Of a stretch of DNA of 54,748 nt, positions 35,347 to 44,099 are shown piece by piece. Numbering within the stretch: position 1 is the stretch's first letter; every line of letters begins with the position of its first letter. Source of the DNA: Candidatus Harrisonbacteria bacterium (lineage in GTDB: Bacteria > Patescibacteriota > Minisyncoccia > UBA6257 > UBA11618); assembly GCA_023244835.1 (NCBI GenBank), contig JAHFLN010000002.1, forward strand, positions 1 to 54,748, read 5' to 3'. Below the pieces are notes generated by a model. That model was not told the origin of the DNA. It worked only from the letters and a program-made list of their open reading frames with translations, and did not search any database. The position numbers and the translations under genes are program-made.

Positions 35347-36776
35347 ATATCCTTGAGAAGGCCGGTCCTTCGGACATCGCTATTTATCCGTTTCCCCATC
35401 TCCGCATCGATGACGCCCTTGATGACGGCTTTTGTAGCCGCCTCATCAGCGAATTCCCCTCCTTACTCCTCTTGAGCGGAGGGACGGCATATGGCAGCAA
35501 TGAGCGGCTGAGCTACCCGGCATGGCATGCGATGCGGGATACGCGCATTAGTCCCCTCTGGCGCGATTTTATCGCCTTCCATGCCACTCAGGATTTCTTC
35601 GATCGCGTAATCCGCGTATTAGGATTGGATGAATTCCGCGGATCGCGCGTCGGCCTTCGGTACCGGGATACGTTTGATGACGCGGATGTCCTGATCGACG
35701 TTCAAATTTGCGCCAATACGCCCGTAGCGCGATCCCCTTCGTCCGTGCGATCCATCCATTTAGACAGCTCTAACAAGCTATTCGTGGGCCTGTTCTACCT
35801 TCGTCCGAAAGAGGATGATTCTTCCGGGGCCGATTTGGAGTTGTATGGGCCATCGTCCCATTCGGTTCCTGCCGCAGTCGTTCCCTATCGGAATAATACA
35901 TGCGTTTTTTTTGCGAATTCCCCTTCAGCCTTCCATGCCGTCTCCGTGCGCGGCATCACTCCGTATCCCCGTCTTTTCGTGAATATAATCGCCGAAACGA
36001 ACCGCTCTCTCTTTTCCTCGTCTTTTTGCCCTCCTGCCGCGAAAATCTCTTCGAAAGCTGCGGTTTTTCGAAATCGCATAGTGAGAGCGGGCAAGATTTT
36101 CCAGTTCTTCAGCGTTCGAATCCCCGCATTTTTCGCTGATCGTTTCGACGGCTCGCTGTATTCTTCGGATCGCATGGTTCAACGGGCCCGTGCCCATGGA
36201 ACGGTCTCAGGCCTTCCGATCCTCGCCGTCGGAGCCGGCATGAAGTCTAGCATCTCCCCACTGCTTTCCATGGACAATGCATCCGTCTGGACTCCTAGCG
36301 TACATGACGCGGGTAAAAGGAAGGCTTCGTATGGCCTTATCGTCTTTTTCGAGTCATGGGACCACGCTTTTCTCCAGGAATCTGCCGAGGCTTTTGCCGA
36401 AGCGCTCGCAATCGGCGGATCTCTCTTTCTTGTCGCGGGATCTTCAACGAATACCCTTCATGGATTACGCGCCTCGTTGGAGCGCGCAGGCTTTTCTGTC
36501 GTTTCGATTTCTCCCTGCGGGGGGGCATTCTGGCTTCTCGGAAGGCTTTTGAGGGGAATTCCCGATTATATATTTCACCAATATATTTTCACCAATCATA
36601 AGCATTCGATCCGATGGTCGGCGACAACTTTCATACTCGTACCGCTTCATGCGATATTTTCCTATGCCGTCATCCCGTTTTGCGCCCTTTGTTTTTACTT
36701 GGACCGTTTCGATCTTCGTCGCGATTTCACATTGGGCTATTCTTGCGAGGCTATCAAGATCCGTTCCGCGAGATAG
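35343..36776 (+). CDS. Fusion protein: 2OG-Fe(II) oxygenase-like N-domain, methyltransferase-like middle domain, C-terminal TM helices
   Basis: 477 aa. It has an HxD...H...R arrangement (SIHLDSS ... SPSAFHAVSVR) preceded by IYPFPHLRIDDAL. The middle region has ILAVGAGMK and GGSLFLVAG. The C-terminus is hydrophobic (FILVPLHAIFSYAVIPFCALCFYL). ATGA overlap with kdsB. Confidence 0.6.
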   Translation: MNILEKAGPSDIAIYPFPHLRIDDALDDGFCSRLISEFPSLLLLSGGTAYGSNERLSYPAWHAMRDTRISPLWRDFIAFHATQDFFDRVIRVLGLDEFRGSRVGLRYRDTFDDADVLIDVQICANTPVARSPSSVRSIHLDSSNKLFVGLFYLRPKEDDSSGADLELYGPSSHSVPAAVVPYRNNTCVFFANSPSAFHAVSVRGITPYPRLFVNIIAETNRSLFSSSFCPPAAKISSKAAVFRNRIVRAGKIFQFFSVRIPAFFADRFDGSLYSSDRMVQRARAHGTVSGLPILAVGAGMKSSISPLLSMDNASVWTPSVHDAGKRKASYGLIVFFESWDHAFLQESAEAFAEALAIGGSLFLVAGSSTNTLHGLRASLERAGFSVVSISPCGGAFWLLGRLLRGIPDYIFHQYIFTNHKHSIRWSATTFILVPLHAIFSYAVIPFCALCFYLDRFDLRRDFTLGYSCEAIKIRSAR

Positions 36777-38046
36777 GCCGTTGCCCGTTTTTTTCCGCAA
36801 AAATCGAAATGCTGTTGACGCAGAGCGTGAACGCGTACAGCACGATGCGCGAAATCACGATGCCTTCGATGCCCCAGTATGCCGCCGCTCCCATATAGCA
36901 GAGTATGCGCATCATATTCGGCAGGATGCCGTTCACATATAGCATTACCATCATCTTTTGCGAATGAAAGACATATGCGATATGCGTTATCGGAATTATG
37001 AAAATGAAGCTGATGCCGAGTAATTGGGCGTAGGCGATCGCGGGGCGGTACTCTGGAAATATCCCCTTGATCATGGGCGGGATTATTATCCAGTATGCCA
37101 CGCATACGATGATTCCGGCGCCCATTCCCCATATCACGCGTCCCATCATACCTCGCCGTATGTCCGTCATAGCAGTCATGCTCAGCTTCGGCAACGATAC
37201 GCTGATCACTGACCGTATGGCTGCCTTTCCCGCATCCATGATATGCGAGGCGATCGAATATATCGCCAACTGAACGGGGCCTAGGAAATGGAATAGTATT
37301 ATCTTGTCGGCATGCTCGGCCAGTATCGAGAATGCATTAATGATGCTTAAGTGTCCGCTGAAGCGGAAGAGGGAGCCGTCGTCCTTTTCGGGGGTGTTGA
37401 TAATTTTTCGCGCATATAGCGCGCGGGCCCGGATATAGAGATATAGGGCGCTGGATACCGAGCTGAAACCGTATGCGCACATGACGGCTATGAGACTGTC
37501 GGTGCGTGATGTCACGATCGCGAGCAGTATGAGCGTCATTCCGTTAAAGGCGATTCCGTAGAATGCGAGTCGCTTGAATTCTTTCTTGCCGAAGAGGAAT
37601 GCGCTTGCCGGACTCAAGGTCGTCGTTATGAGGAATGCTCCTCCGGCAATGACAAGGGCCCCGATAAATGATCCGTCAACGCCCGTATCGTATAGATATA
37701 GGGCGTATGCGCCGAATGGGAGGGATAATGCGGCGCACCATCGGGTCTGGATGCGAACGGCTATATCGAGCGCTTTTTCCCGCCCGCACGCGGCTGCCTG
37801 GGCAACTGCCGTATTCATGCCGCTCAATGTGCATGCGCCGCATATTCCGATGAGCGCCATGATGTATGCGTAGTTGCCATATACGGCAACTGGCAGTTTG
37901 GCGATGAGGAGGATGGATGCCGCGATGGCAAATGCAAGCGCTCCGGCGTTCTGGAGCAGCGTTGCGCTGCCATGGCGCAAAAAATATCCATAATCCACGC
38001 CCGTGGGTGCGATTATCTTATTTTTCAACCACCGCAATGGATCCAT
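36754..38046 (-). CDS. Wzx-like polysaccharide flippase (MOP superfamily)
   Basis: ~430 aa with 12-14 TM helices typical of polysaccharide biosynthesis transporters. The start is trimmed to MDPLRWL (38046). The longest ORF extends to 38169 over the upstream gene. Confidence 0.7.
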   Translation of the reverse strand: MDPLRWLKNKIIAPTGVDYGYFLRHGSATLLQNAGALAFAIAASILLIAKLPVAVYGNYAYIMALIGICGACTLSGMNTAVAQAAACGREKALDIAVRIQTRWCAALSLPFGAYALYLYDTGVDGSFIGALVIAGGAFLITTTLSPASAFLFGKKEFKRLAFYGIAFNGMTLILLAIVTSRTDSLIAVMCAYGFSSVSSALYLYIRARALYARKIINTPEKDDGSLFRFSGHLSIINAFSILAEHADKIILFHFLGPVQLAIYSIASHIMDAGKAAIRSVISVSLPKLSMTAMTDIRRGMMGRVIWGMGAGIIVCVAYWIIIPPMIKGIFPEYRPAIAYAQLLGISFIFIIPITHIAYVFHSQKMMVMLYVNGILPNMMRILCYMGAAAYWGIEGIVISRIVLYAFTLCVNSISIFAEKNGQRPISRNGS

Positions 38047-39262
38047 AGCCGAAATTTTTAATAACGGGCGATGCTTTAAACCGTTCGAGCTTTCGCATGA
38101 GCGGAATAAGCCTTTTGAAATACGGAAGGCACAGGCTTGATGCCTGGAATGAAACGATGCGGAACCCACCGTTTTTCAGCTTTCGCCGCATAACCCACGG
38201 ATACCGCCATATATGGGGAAGACGGCTGTCTCCCGAATATCCTTCGTTGACCCCTTCTCCTCCTAAGTTGAGGATTATCCGTATGCATCCCACAAACCAC
38301 GCTGTCAGGCTCCAGCGGGAAATATCCCAGAACGCATCGCCTCCAAGGACAATAGCGGCGCACGGGTTCAGGCAGGTCGGCATGGCGATGATCGCTTTTT
38401 TCGTCGTCACGCGCCTTATTTCCGCGAGGGCTTTTTCAAAATCAGGAACGTGTTCCAGGACATGCGAGCTGATCACCCAATCGAACGAATTATCTGCGAA
38501 TGGGAGCGATTCTGCGTCTGCGGTCATAAACTCCACATATGCTTCAAGTCCTTTCTTTTCAGCCTGTTTTTTTCCCGCCGCGATATTTATAGGAGATATG
38601 TCGCAGGCGGTCACTCGTGCTCCTTTTTGCGCGAGCATGATGGCTAATGTTCCATCGCCGCAGCCTGCATCCAGAACTTTTTCTCCCGCGCATATGAATT
38701 GCGCGATAGAGCGGTATTCCGTCTCATGAGCGTATTTTCGCAAGGGGAACTCCTTTGAAAGACGCACATCGTTTTGCCGTTCCGTCCTCTTCCGATATAT
38801 TTCCTTGATTTCTTCGTCGGGAACGCCCGTTTCGTTCTTGCTATCCATGCCTTGTATCACGCTCGCTATTATGAGCCAATACACTATGAAAAAGAGAGCT
38901 GCCGCGTAAGGCATCGCTACGCCACTTCCGGAGAGCGTTCTGTAGATTTCCGTATTAGCCTGATACGCGAACAATGCCCATAGGATGACGATCGATCCGG
39001 TTATCGATACCGCGCTTGGTTTCAGGCGAGCGATCGTTATCCGCATCCCTCCATCCCCCCCTTTCTTTCTGGCTACCCGCGAGCATATTTTCAATGCCGT
39101 GCTTATCCCGATAAACCAGGCGATTGTCCGCAGCTTGATTCCTGATTCACGCATGAGCGCCGGATACGCCCAATTCATGCTTCCTAGCAACGCCGCCGCC
39201 GCACTATACCATGCGAAGCTCGCGTCATTCACCTCCATAATGAAACGGAGGGCCTTTTTCAT
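38018..39262 (-). CDS. Membrane-anchored class I SAM-dependent methyltransferase
   Basis: N-terminal ~4 TM helices, then VLDAGCGDGTLAIMLAQKGARVTACD, LPFADNSFDWVISSHVLEHV. Confidence 0.8.
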   Translation of the reverse strand: MKKALRFIMEVNDASFAWYSAAAALLGSMNWAYPALMRESGIKLRTIAWFIGISTALKICSRVARKKGGDGGMRITIARLKPSAVSITGSIVILWALFAYQANTEIYRTLSGSGVAMPYAAALFFIVYWLIIASVIQGMDSKNETGVPDEEIKEIYRKRTERQNDVRLSKEFPLRKYAHETEYRSIAQFICAGEKVLDAGCGDGTLAIMLAQKGARVTACDISPINIAAGKKQAEKKGLEAYVEFMTADAESLPFADNSFDWVISSHVLEHVPDFEKALAEIRRVTTKKAIIAMPTCLNPCAAIVLGGDAFWDISRWSLTAWFVGCIRIILNLGGEGVNEGYSGDSRLPHIWRYPWVMRRKLKNGGFRIVSFQASSLCLPYFKRLIPLMRKLERFKASPVIKNFGYGSIAVVEK

Positions 39263-41115
39263 GGGTTTTTTCGCGGGAATCGGTACACGATGTACGAATC
39301 GGTTTCATTCCAGGATTTGAATATTTTTTCGAACGCATTCCGGGCAGAGAATTCTCCCGGAGTCTTTTTCGTGATGATCCCTATTCCCGGGGACGGTATG
39401 TCTTCTATGTCTTTTTGCTCGTGCGCAAACATATCGAATGTTTCGCATGTTTTCGCCGAGCATTCTCCCGTTACGGAAAACCATGGCCGCGGAGAGAATA
39501 TCCATTGGGCATATGGCACGAGAATCGGATTTCCGAAGCTTATTACCGCTCCCTCCGGGAAGGCGTCATTGACGCTTTTTATCTTTTCGATGGCTTGTTT
39601 TTGTGCTGCGGCATATACTCCTCCGTCTCGTCCGGTTATCATATCGAGAGCGACTAATTCTTGCTGCCCTTTCGCTACCTTAAGCATGATCGGAAGCATT
39701 AGCATTATGGCGAATATAGCGCTGCCTCTCGCAAGATTTTCCGCTCCGGAACGGCGTATCGCGAGGATCGCGGCCGCAATTGGCAGGAGAGCGAGCACGC
39801 TCACGCTTGGATACATAACAAGAAAATAACGGAATGACTGCCAGCTGGCATAAAACGCATGGTATGCGATGAAAGGCGTTATGAGGAACAGCCAGGGCAA
39901 CGCGAACCCGAACGCGAGAGCGAGAAGAAGACGTCTGCGTTCTTTGTCGAAGCATGCCATGAGCGGAATCAGCGCCATGCCCGCAATGGCAAGCCAGATG
40001 ATCTTTTGTTGGGGTTTGTCGATATATGGCTGATCCCATATGGTTAGATTTTTTGCGTATTCGTCGGCATAGCTGATAAGTTCCATGGGATAATAGTCAA
40101 GGACGCCTCCGGCATAGAGGCCGTATAGGACTATAACAATGCATGTCGGCAGGAAGGCTATTTTCTCGAAGATATGCCAATGCGTTTCGTACGCCTTCCC
40201 GCTTATGCGCGCGACAATCACCCGTGTTCCTTCGTATAGCACCTTCGCCGTTCCGACGCTTAAGACGAACATCGTGAATGTCGCCAGATGCGTGAAATAA
40301 AAAAGTACCATGAACGCAATTCCTCCCGCGCCGCTGATATTTCTTCCGAGGAGAATGAACCCCGCGATAAGAAGGAATATCCCTATATTTTGAGGAACGA
40401 TATCCGTCGATATCATGTAGTAATTTGACCAGTGGAGCATATAGAAGGCTATCGGGGCGAGTATCCCCAATGTGCGCACCGGCACCGCTTCATACGCGAG
40501 CCGTGCCATCGCGCATGCCGTAAGCATGTATGCGCCATATTGCCATGCGGTCATAAAGAATTGGTATGCGGCAAGGTTTTTCGGCAGGAAGGAGACGTAT
40601 GGATTTAAGATCATGAAGAAAATCGGCTGAAAAATCGGATCCCTAAAGAAAAATGAAAAGATCGCTCCGGGAGCATGCGCTGAGCGGTTTGCGTAGGCGA
40701 GCCAGTAATATTGGTCGGTTGCCGGATTGAAATACGGATTCGGGAGATCTTTCATCACGCCGTACAAGAGCAGTCCCAGGAGGCTTGTGACGATGAGCGT
40801 CATCGCGTCATAGGGCGATACGGTTATCTTTACGAGATTCTCCTTTCGTTTCACCTGTCTGTATGTCCAGGCTAATAGAGCGAGTACGGCTAGTGCCGCG
40901 ATGGTTACGCGCAGCCTCGGATCATCCGAGAGAAATAAAAAAAAATTAGCCGAAATAGCGATGAGTATCTGGCATCCGAAACCGAACAGCGCGCCATATA
41001 TGAGAAAAAGAACGAGATCAGCCGAGCGTTCACGAACGAATATCCTTGCCGCGGCGATTCCGGGCAGGAGAAACGTGATGGCGAAGGGTACTATGACGGC
41101 GACGCCGGTATTCAT
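39259..41115 (-). CDS. Polytopic membrane protein, GT-C-like
   Basis: 618 aa with more than 12 TM helices, the early loop motif NPATDQYYWLAYAN, and a C-terminal soluble domain. ATGA overlap with the downstream methyltransferase gene. Confidence 0.6.
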   Translation of the reverse strand: MNTGVAVIVPFAITFLLPGIAAARIFVRERSADLVLFLIYGALFGFGCQILIAISANFFLFLSDDPRLRVTIAALAVLALLAWTYRQVKRKENLVKITVSPYDAMTLIVTSLLGLLLYGVMKDLPNPYFNPATDQYYWLAYANRSAHAPGAIFSFFFRDPIFQPIFFMILNPYVSFLPKNLAAYQFFMTAWQYGAYMLTACAMARLAYEAVPVRTLGILAPIAFYMLHWSNYYMISTDIVPQNIGIFLLIAGFILLGRNISGAGGIAFMVLFYFTHLATFTMFVLSVGTAKVLYEGTRVIVARISGKAYETHWHIFEKIAFLPTCIVIVLYGLYAGGVLDYYPMELISYADEYAKNLTIWDQPYIDKPQQKIIWLAIAGMALIPLMACFDKERRRLLLALAFGFALPWLFLITPFIAYHAFYASWQSFRYFLVMYPSVSVLALLPIAAAILAIRRSGAENLARGSAIFAIMLMLPIMLKVAKGQQELVALDMITGRDGGVYAAAQKQAIEKIKSVNDAFPEGAVISFGNPILVPYAQWIFSPRPWFSVTGECSAKTCETFDMFAHEQKDIEDIPSPGIGIITKKTPGEFSARNAFEKIFKSWNETDSYIVYRFPRKNP

Positions 41116-41121
41116 ATCCGC

Positions 41122-41706
41122 TTATAGGGGGCGTCCTACCAATTCGAGCTCATATGCGCCAATCCAGTCTTCGGGAGATTCTGCCGTCAGGCGTACTGCC
41201 GACGCGTTGTAATTCCCTTTAACTATAGTTTCCCTGCTTTTCGGAAGATTCCCTTCTTCAATAGTCGTCCATTCATTGTCGTCTCTTTTTGCTTCGAGTT
41301 TCCAATGAGTCACGTATTTGCTTATAGTGCCGTAGTCCCCCCAGATAATGATCGTTTTGCTGATTTGGTACGGCTCGGTCAGCGTGAGTATGTAATCCAA
41401 TCGGCGATTTCCCGGAGCAGCAAGCGTCCGTTCATCCCCGTCTATGAGTTTTGCGGCATCGGTTCCCTTGTCGATGCTATATTCTTTCGATTCGTATGTC
41501 CCGCTTGTTATAAAGAGATTTTCTTTCCCCAGTCTTTTAAATCCTACCCGTTCCGCATTCAAATTATTACCACACGCGATCGAGCGGATCGATAGCGGGA
41601 AAGATATATTGCTTCCGATGCATAGGCGGACGATACCGACCGAAAGAATAACCGATATGCTTACGGCTATTCCTGCCGTTATCGCTATGCCATGCCACTT
41701 ATCCAT
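41122..41706 (-). CDS. Membrane-anchored F5/8 type C (discoidin) carbohydrate-binding domain protein
   Basis: 194 aa with an N-terminal TM helix, then AKLIDGDERTLAAPG...ISKTIIIWGDYG...YVTHWKLEAKRDDNEWTTI...ASAVRLTAESPEDWIGAYELELVG. Confidence 0.7.
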   Translation of the reverse strand: MDKWHGIAITAGIAVSISVILSVGIVRLCIGSNISFPLSIRSIACGNNLNAERVGFKRLGKENLFITSGTYESKEYSIDKGTDAAKLIDGDERTLAAPGNRRLDYILTLTEPYQISKTIIIWGDYGTISKYVTHWKLEAKRDDNEWTTIEEGNLPKSRETIVKGNYNASAVRLTAESPEDWIGAYELELVGRPL

Positions 41707-41712
41707 GTGTCA

Positions 41713-43314
41713 TTATTGTAGTCGTGCGTACTCTTTCCAGTCAATCGAAAAAATACGCGCTTTCGACTGGGAATTCGTCCCGTAATTTGAATATATCTCC
41801 TTGAGATAGGGCGGTATCCGTTCGCCGTCATAGATGCTCAGGTACTTGTTCGGCACGAACGGTATCGGGTTCTGAACGTCGTCTTCTAGGGCTATATGCG
41901 TCACTTTTCGCATTCGCATGATGGGCATCGCCTCTTCCAAGGAGTCGAATTTTCCCGGATAGGTTATGCGCAGTCGCGATTTCGGCGCGTATAGGTCGAG
42001 CATGCCGACGCCTCCGACCTCCGTGTCCGGCAGGAGCATCATTATATTCATGCCGTTTCCTATCGCGAGCACGCCCCGCACGTGGGCTGCTGCCCATCTT
42101 GCCCATACGAGGCTGTCCGCCGTTACGCGCGAGACGTCTTTCGTGAATCGTCGCGCGCTGAAGAGGAATACCGAAATCGAAACGCAGAGTATGACGGCTT
42201 GTGAGGCGGCAAAAATACTGAGAACCATCTTTTTCGATTCGGGGCGACTGGCGATCATCGCTTTCACTCCCGCCGCGCTCATGATGATGCCTAACGGGGC
42301 GATGGGGAAAAGATGCCGCGTGAGATAATAGAGATAGAAAATGGGCGTAAGGCTCGCGATCCATATGCCAATACCTGTCCATATCGGGAACCATAGCGGA
42401 TCGCGCCACGTAACGACTACTCCGTACAGGAAGAAGAAGATTCCTGGAAGGAGAACATAGGCGAAATATATGAGCGCGAGGAGTGTTCCGGCGATGAAAA
42501 ATCTATTGAATATATCTCCTGCCGTGTGCGATGCGAGATAGTTTCCGATCGAGACCGAGGGGGCGGCCCCCCATACGTCGACGTATCGTTCGACGAAATA
42601 TTTGCTATTTTCTCCGTAATCGAATGCGGAGCCGAATTGCGCGTGGCGCATGTAGAGCATGGGTCCCGAAACGGCGAAGAAAACGGCGATCATGAGAAAT
42701 GCCGTTCCGAGAGCGCGCCACCGGCCCGCTTTACACGATATGAGGAACGATACGACGAGTATAGGCAGGATCATGATGCCGTTCGGCCGCACCCAGTATC
42801 CGAGGCCCGCGACGGCGCTTGCGGAATATGCGAATGCGGCATTATCGCATCCTTTATATATAAGGCATAGGCTCGTGATGAAGATTAGGGTGAAGAGCGA
42901 TTCTGTGAATATAAATAGATTGTCGGGGATGATGATTGGAAAGGCGAATATGAACATGATAATGGCCCCGAGAGACGCCTCCTTCGACCGAGTGAGCTTA
43001 TAAGAAAGCCATGCGAGTGGAAAAACGATCGCGGCGCCCGTTACCGCGGTCACTAGTACGCCGATCAGGAAATGTTCGAATATGGATTGCCCTCCCCATA
43101 GATATAGGAACGGCGCGAGAAAGGCAGGGAGACCGATGCCGTGCGTGTGGATAGGGAGCCAATTTCCCCTCGTAATCTCAAGCGCTTTTAATACGTATAT
43201 ATACGCATCATATTTTTGGATCGGGAAGGTGGTGATATGCAGTATGGGAAAAACCACCGCGAGGCGCACCGTCGCCGCCAAAAGGAACAAATAGAAAACG
43301 TGGAGGAATCGCAT
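41713..43314 (-). CDS. GT-C glycosyltransferase (ArnT/PMT, GT39/83-like)
   Basis: 533 aa with first-loop motif QKYDAYIYVLKALEI, about 12 TM helices and a C-terminal periplasmic-type domain. Confidence 0.75.
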   Translation of the reverse strand: MRFLHVFYLFLLAATVRLAVVFPILHITTFPIQKYDAYIYVLKALEITRGNWLPIHTHGIGLPAFLAPFLYLWGGQSIFEHFLIGVLVTAVTGAAIVFPLAWLSYKLTRSKEASLGAIIMFIFAFPIIIPDNLFIFTESLFTLIFITSLCLIYKGCDNAAFAYSASAVAGLGYWVRPNGIMILPILVVSFLISCKAGRWRALGTAFLMIAVFFAVSGPMLYMRHAQFGSAFDYGENSKYFVERYVDVWGAAPSVSIGNYLASHTAGDIFNRFFIAGTLLALIYFAYVLLPGIFFFLYGVVVTWRDPLWFPIWTGIGIWIASLTPIFYLYYLTRHLFPIAPLGIIMSAAGVKAMIASRPESKKMVLSIFAASQAVILCVSISVFLFSARRFTKDVSRVTADSLVWARWAAAHVRGVLAIGNGMNIMMLLPDTEVGGVGMLDLYAPKSRLRITYPGKFDSLEEAMPIMRMRKVTHIALEDDVQNPIPFVPNKYLSIYDGERIPPYLKEIYSNYGTNSQSKARIFSIDWKEYARLQ

Positions 43315-43319
43315 GCGGA

Positions 43320-44074
43320 TCAGCCGATGAGTCGGCGCTTTATCGCGCGTCCTGCATATAGGAACAGGGCCGAAAGGCGCATGCGGCCCGCGAAAATTTC
43401 CCTGTAGGCATACCTTTTTTCGAATATCATGGATCGCATAGCTCTCTTTCCGAGCATGAGCTTATTCCTTAACCGGTTTCCTTTGCCTACATCCACCGTT
43501 TTTTCTGCAGCCGTCATGGTGTCCACGATGCGGATATTTTTGCATCGTGCCGAGCCATATATCTCTTTTTTCGCGACTGCGACGGGGCCTGGCCACGCGA
43601 GTATTTCGCGCGATGAGCATGTATCGTGAAAGATGATCGTCCCGCCGTTAATGAGGCGCGGGAACCATAAGCTGAAATCGAGCGCGACCATGTCGAGGTC
43701 GTGATTTCCGTCGATGAAGAGCAGTTCTATCGGCTCGTCGAATGTCTGTGCGGCTTTTTCCGATGTCATGACGAGCGGCCGTACGATCGAGGTTAGGCCG
43801 GCTGTCTCGATATTTCTCCGGAAGATATCGAATGTTTTCATATCATTCAGCGGGGGGATGCCGAGGTGGGGGTCGACGGCATAGACTCGTACCCCGTTTC
43901 CGGCTTGCGATCCGGCGCCGAGATATACGGTTGATTTTCCCTGCCATGATCCGATTTCGACGATAGCGCCTTTTCCTGTGCAGTTTTTCGCCAGATCATA
44001 TAAAAATACACCTTCCTTATCGGTAAGCCAGCCGTGTATATTTCCGTTATTTTTTTGGTCTCTGCGAGATCCAT
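43320..44074 (-). pseudogene. Methyltransf_24-type class I SAM methyltransferase interrupted by a 1-nt frameshift at an A7 run
   Basis: The frame of ORF 43320..43841 stays open upstream and encodes HGWLTDKEGVFLYDLAKNCTGKGAIVEIGSWQGKSTVYLGAGSQAGNGVRVYAVDPHLG, but has no ATG/GTG/TTG there. The only plausible start, MDLAETKK (ATG 44074), is in another frame. One extra A in the run at 44050-44056 (T7 on plus) joins them as MDLAETKKNNGNIHGWLTDKEG. The span is 755 nt, which is 2 mod 3. Confidence 0.65.
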
Positions 44075-44099
44075 GCTCTCATGGTCCATTCGGGATTTC

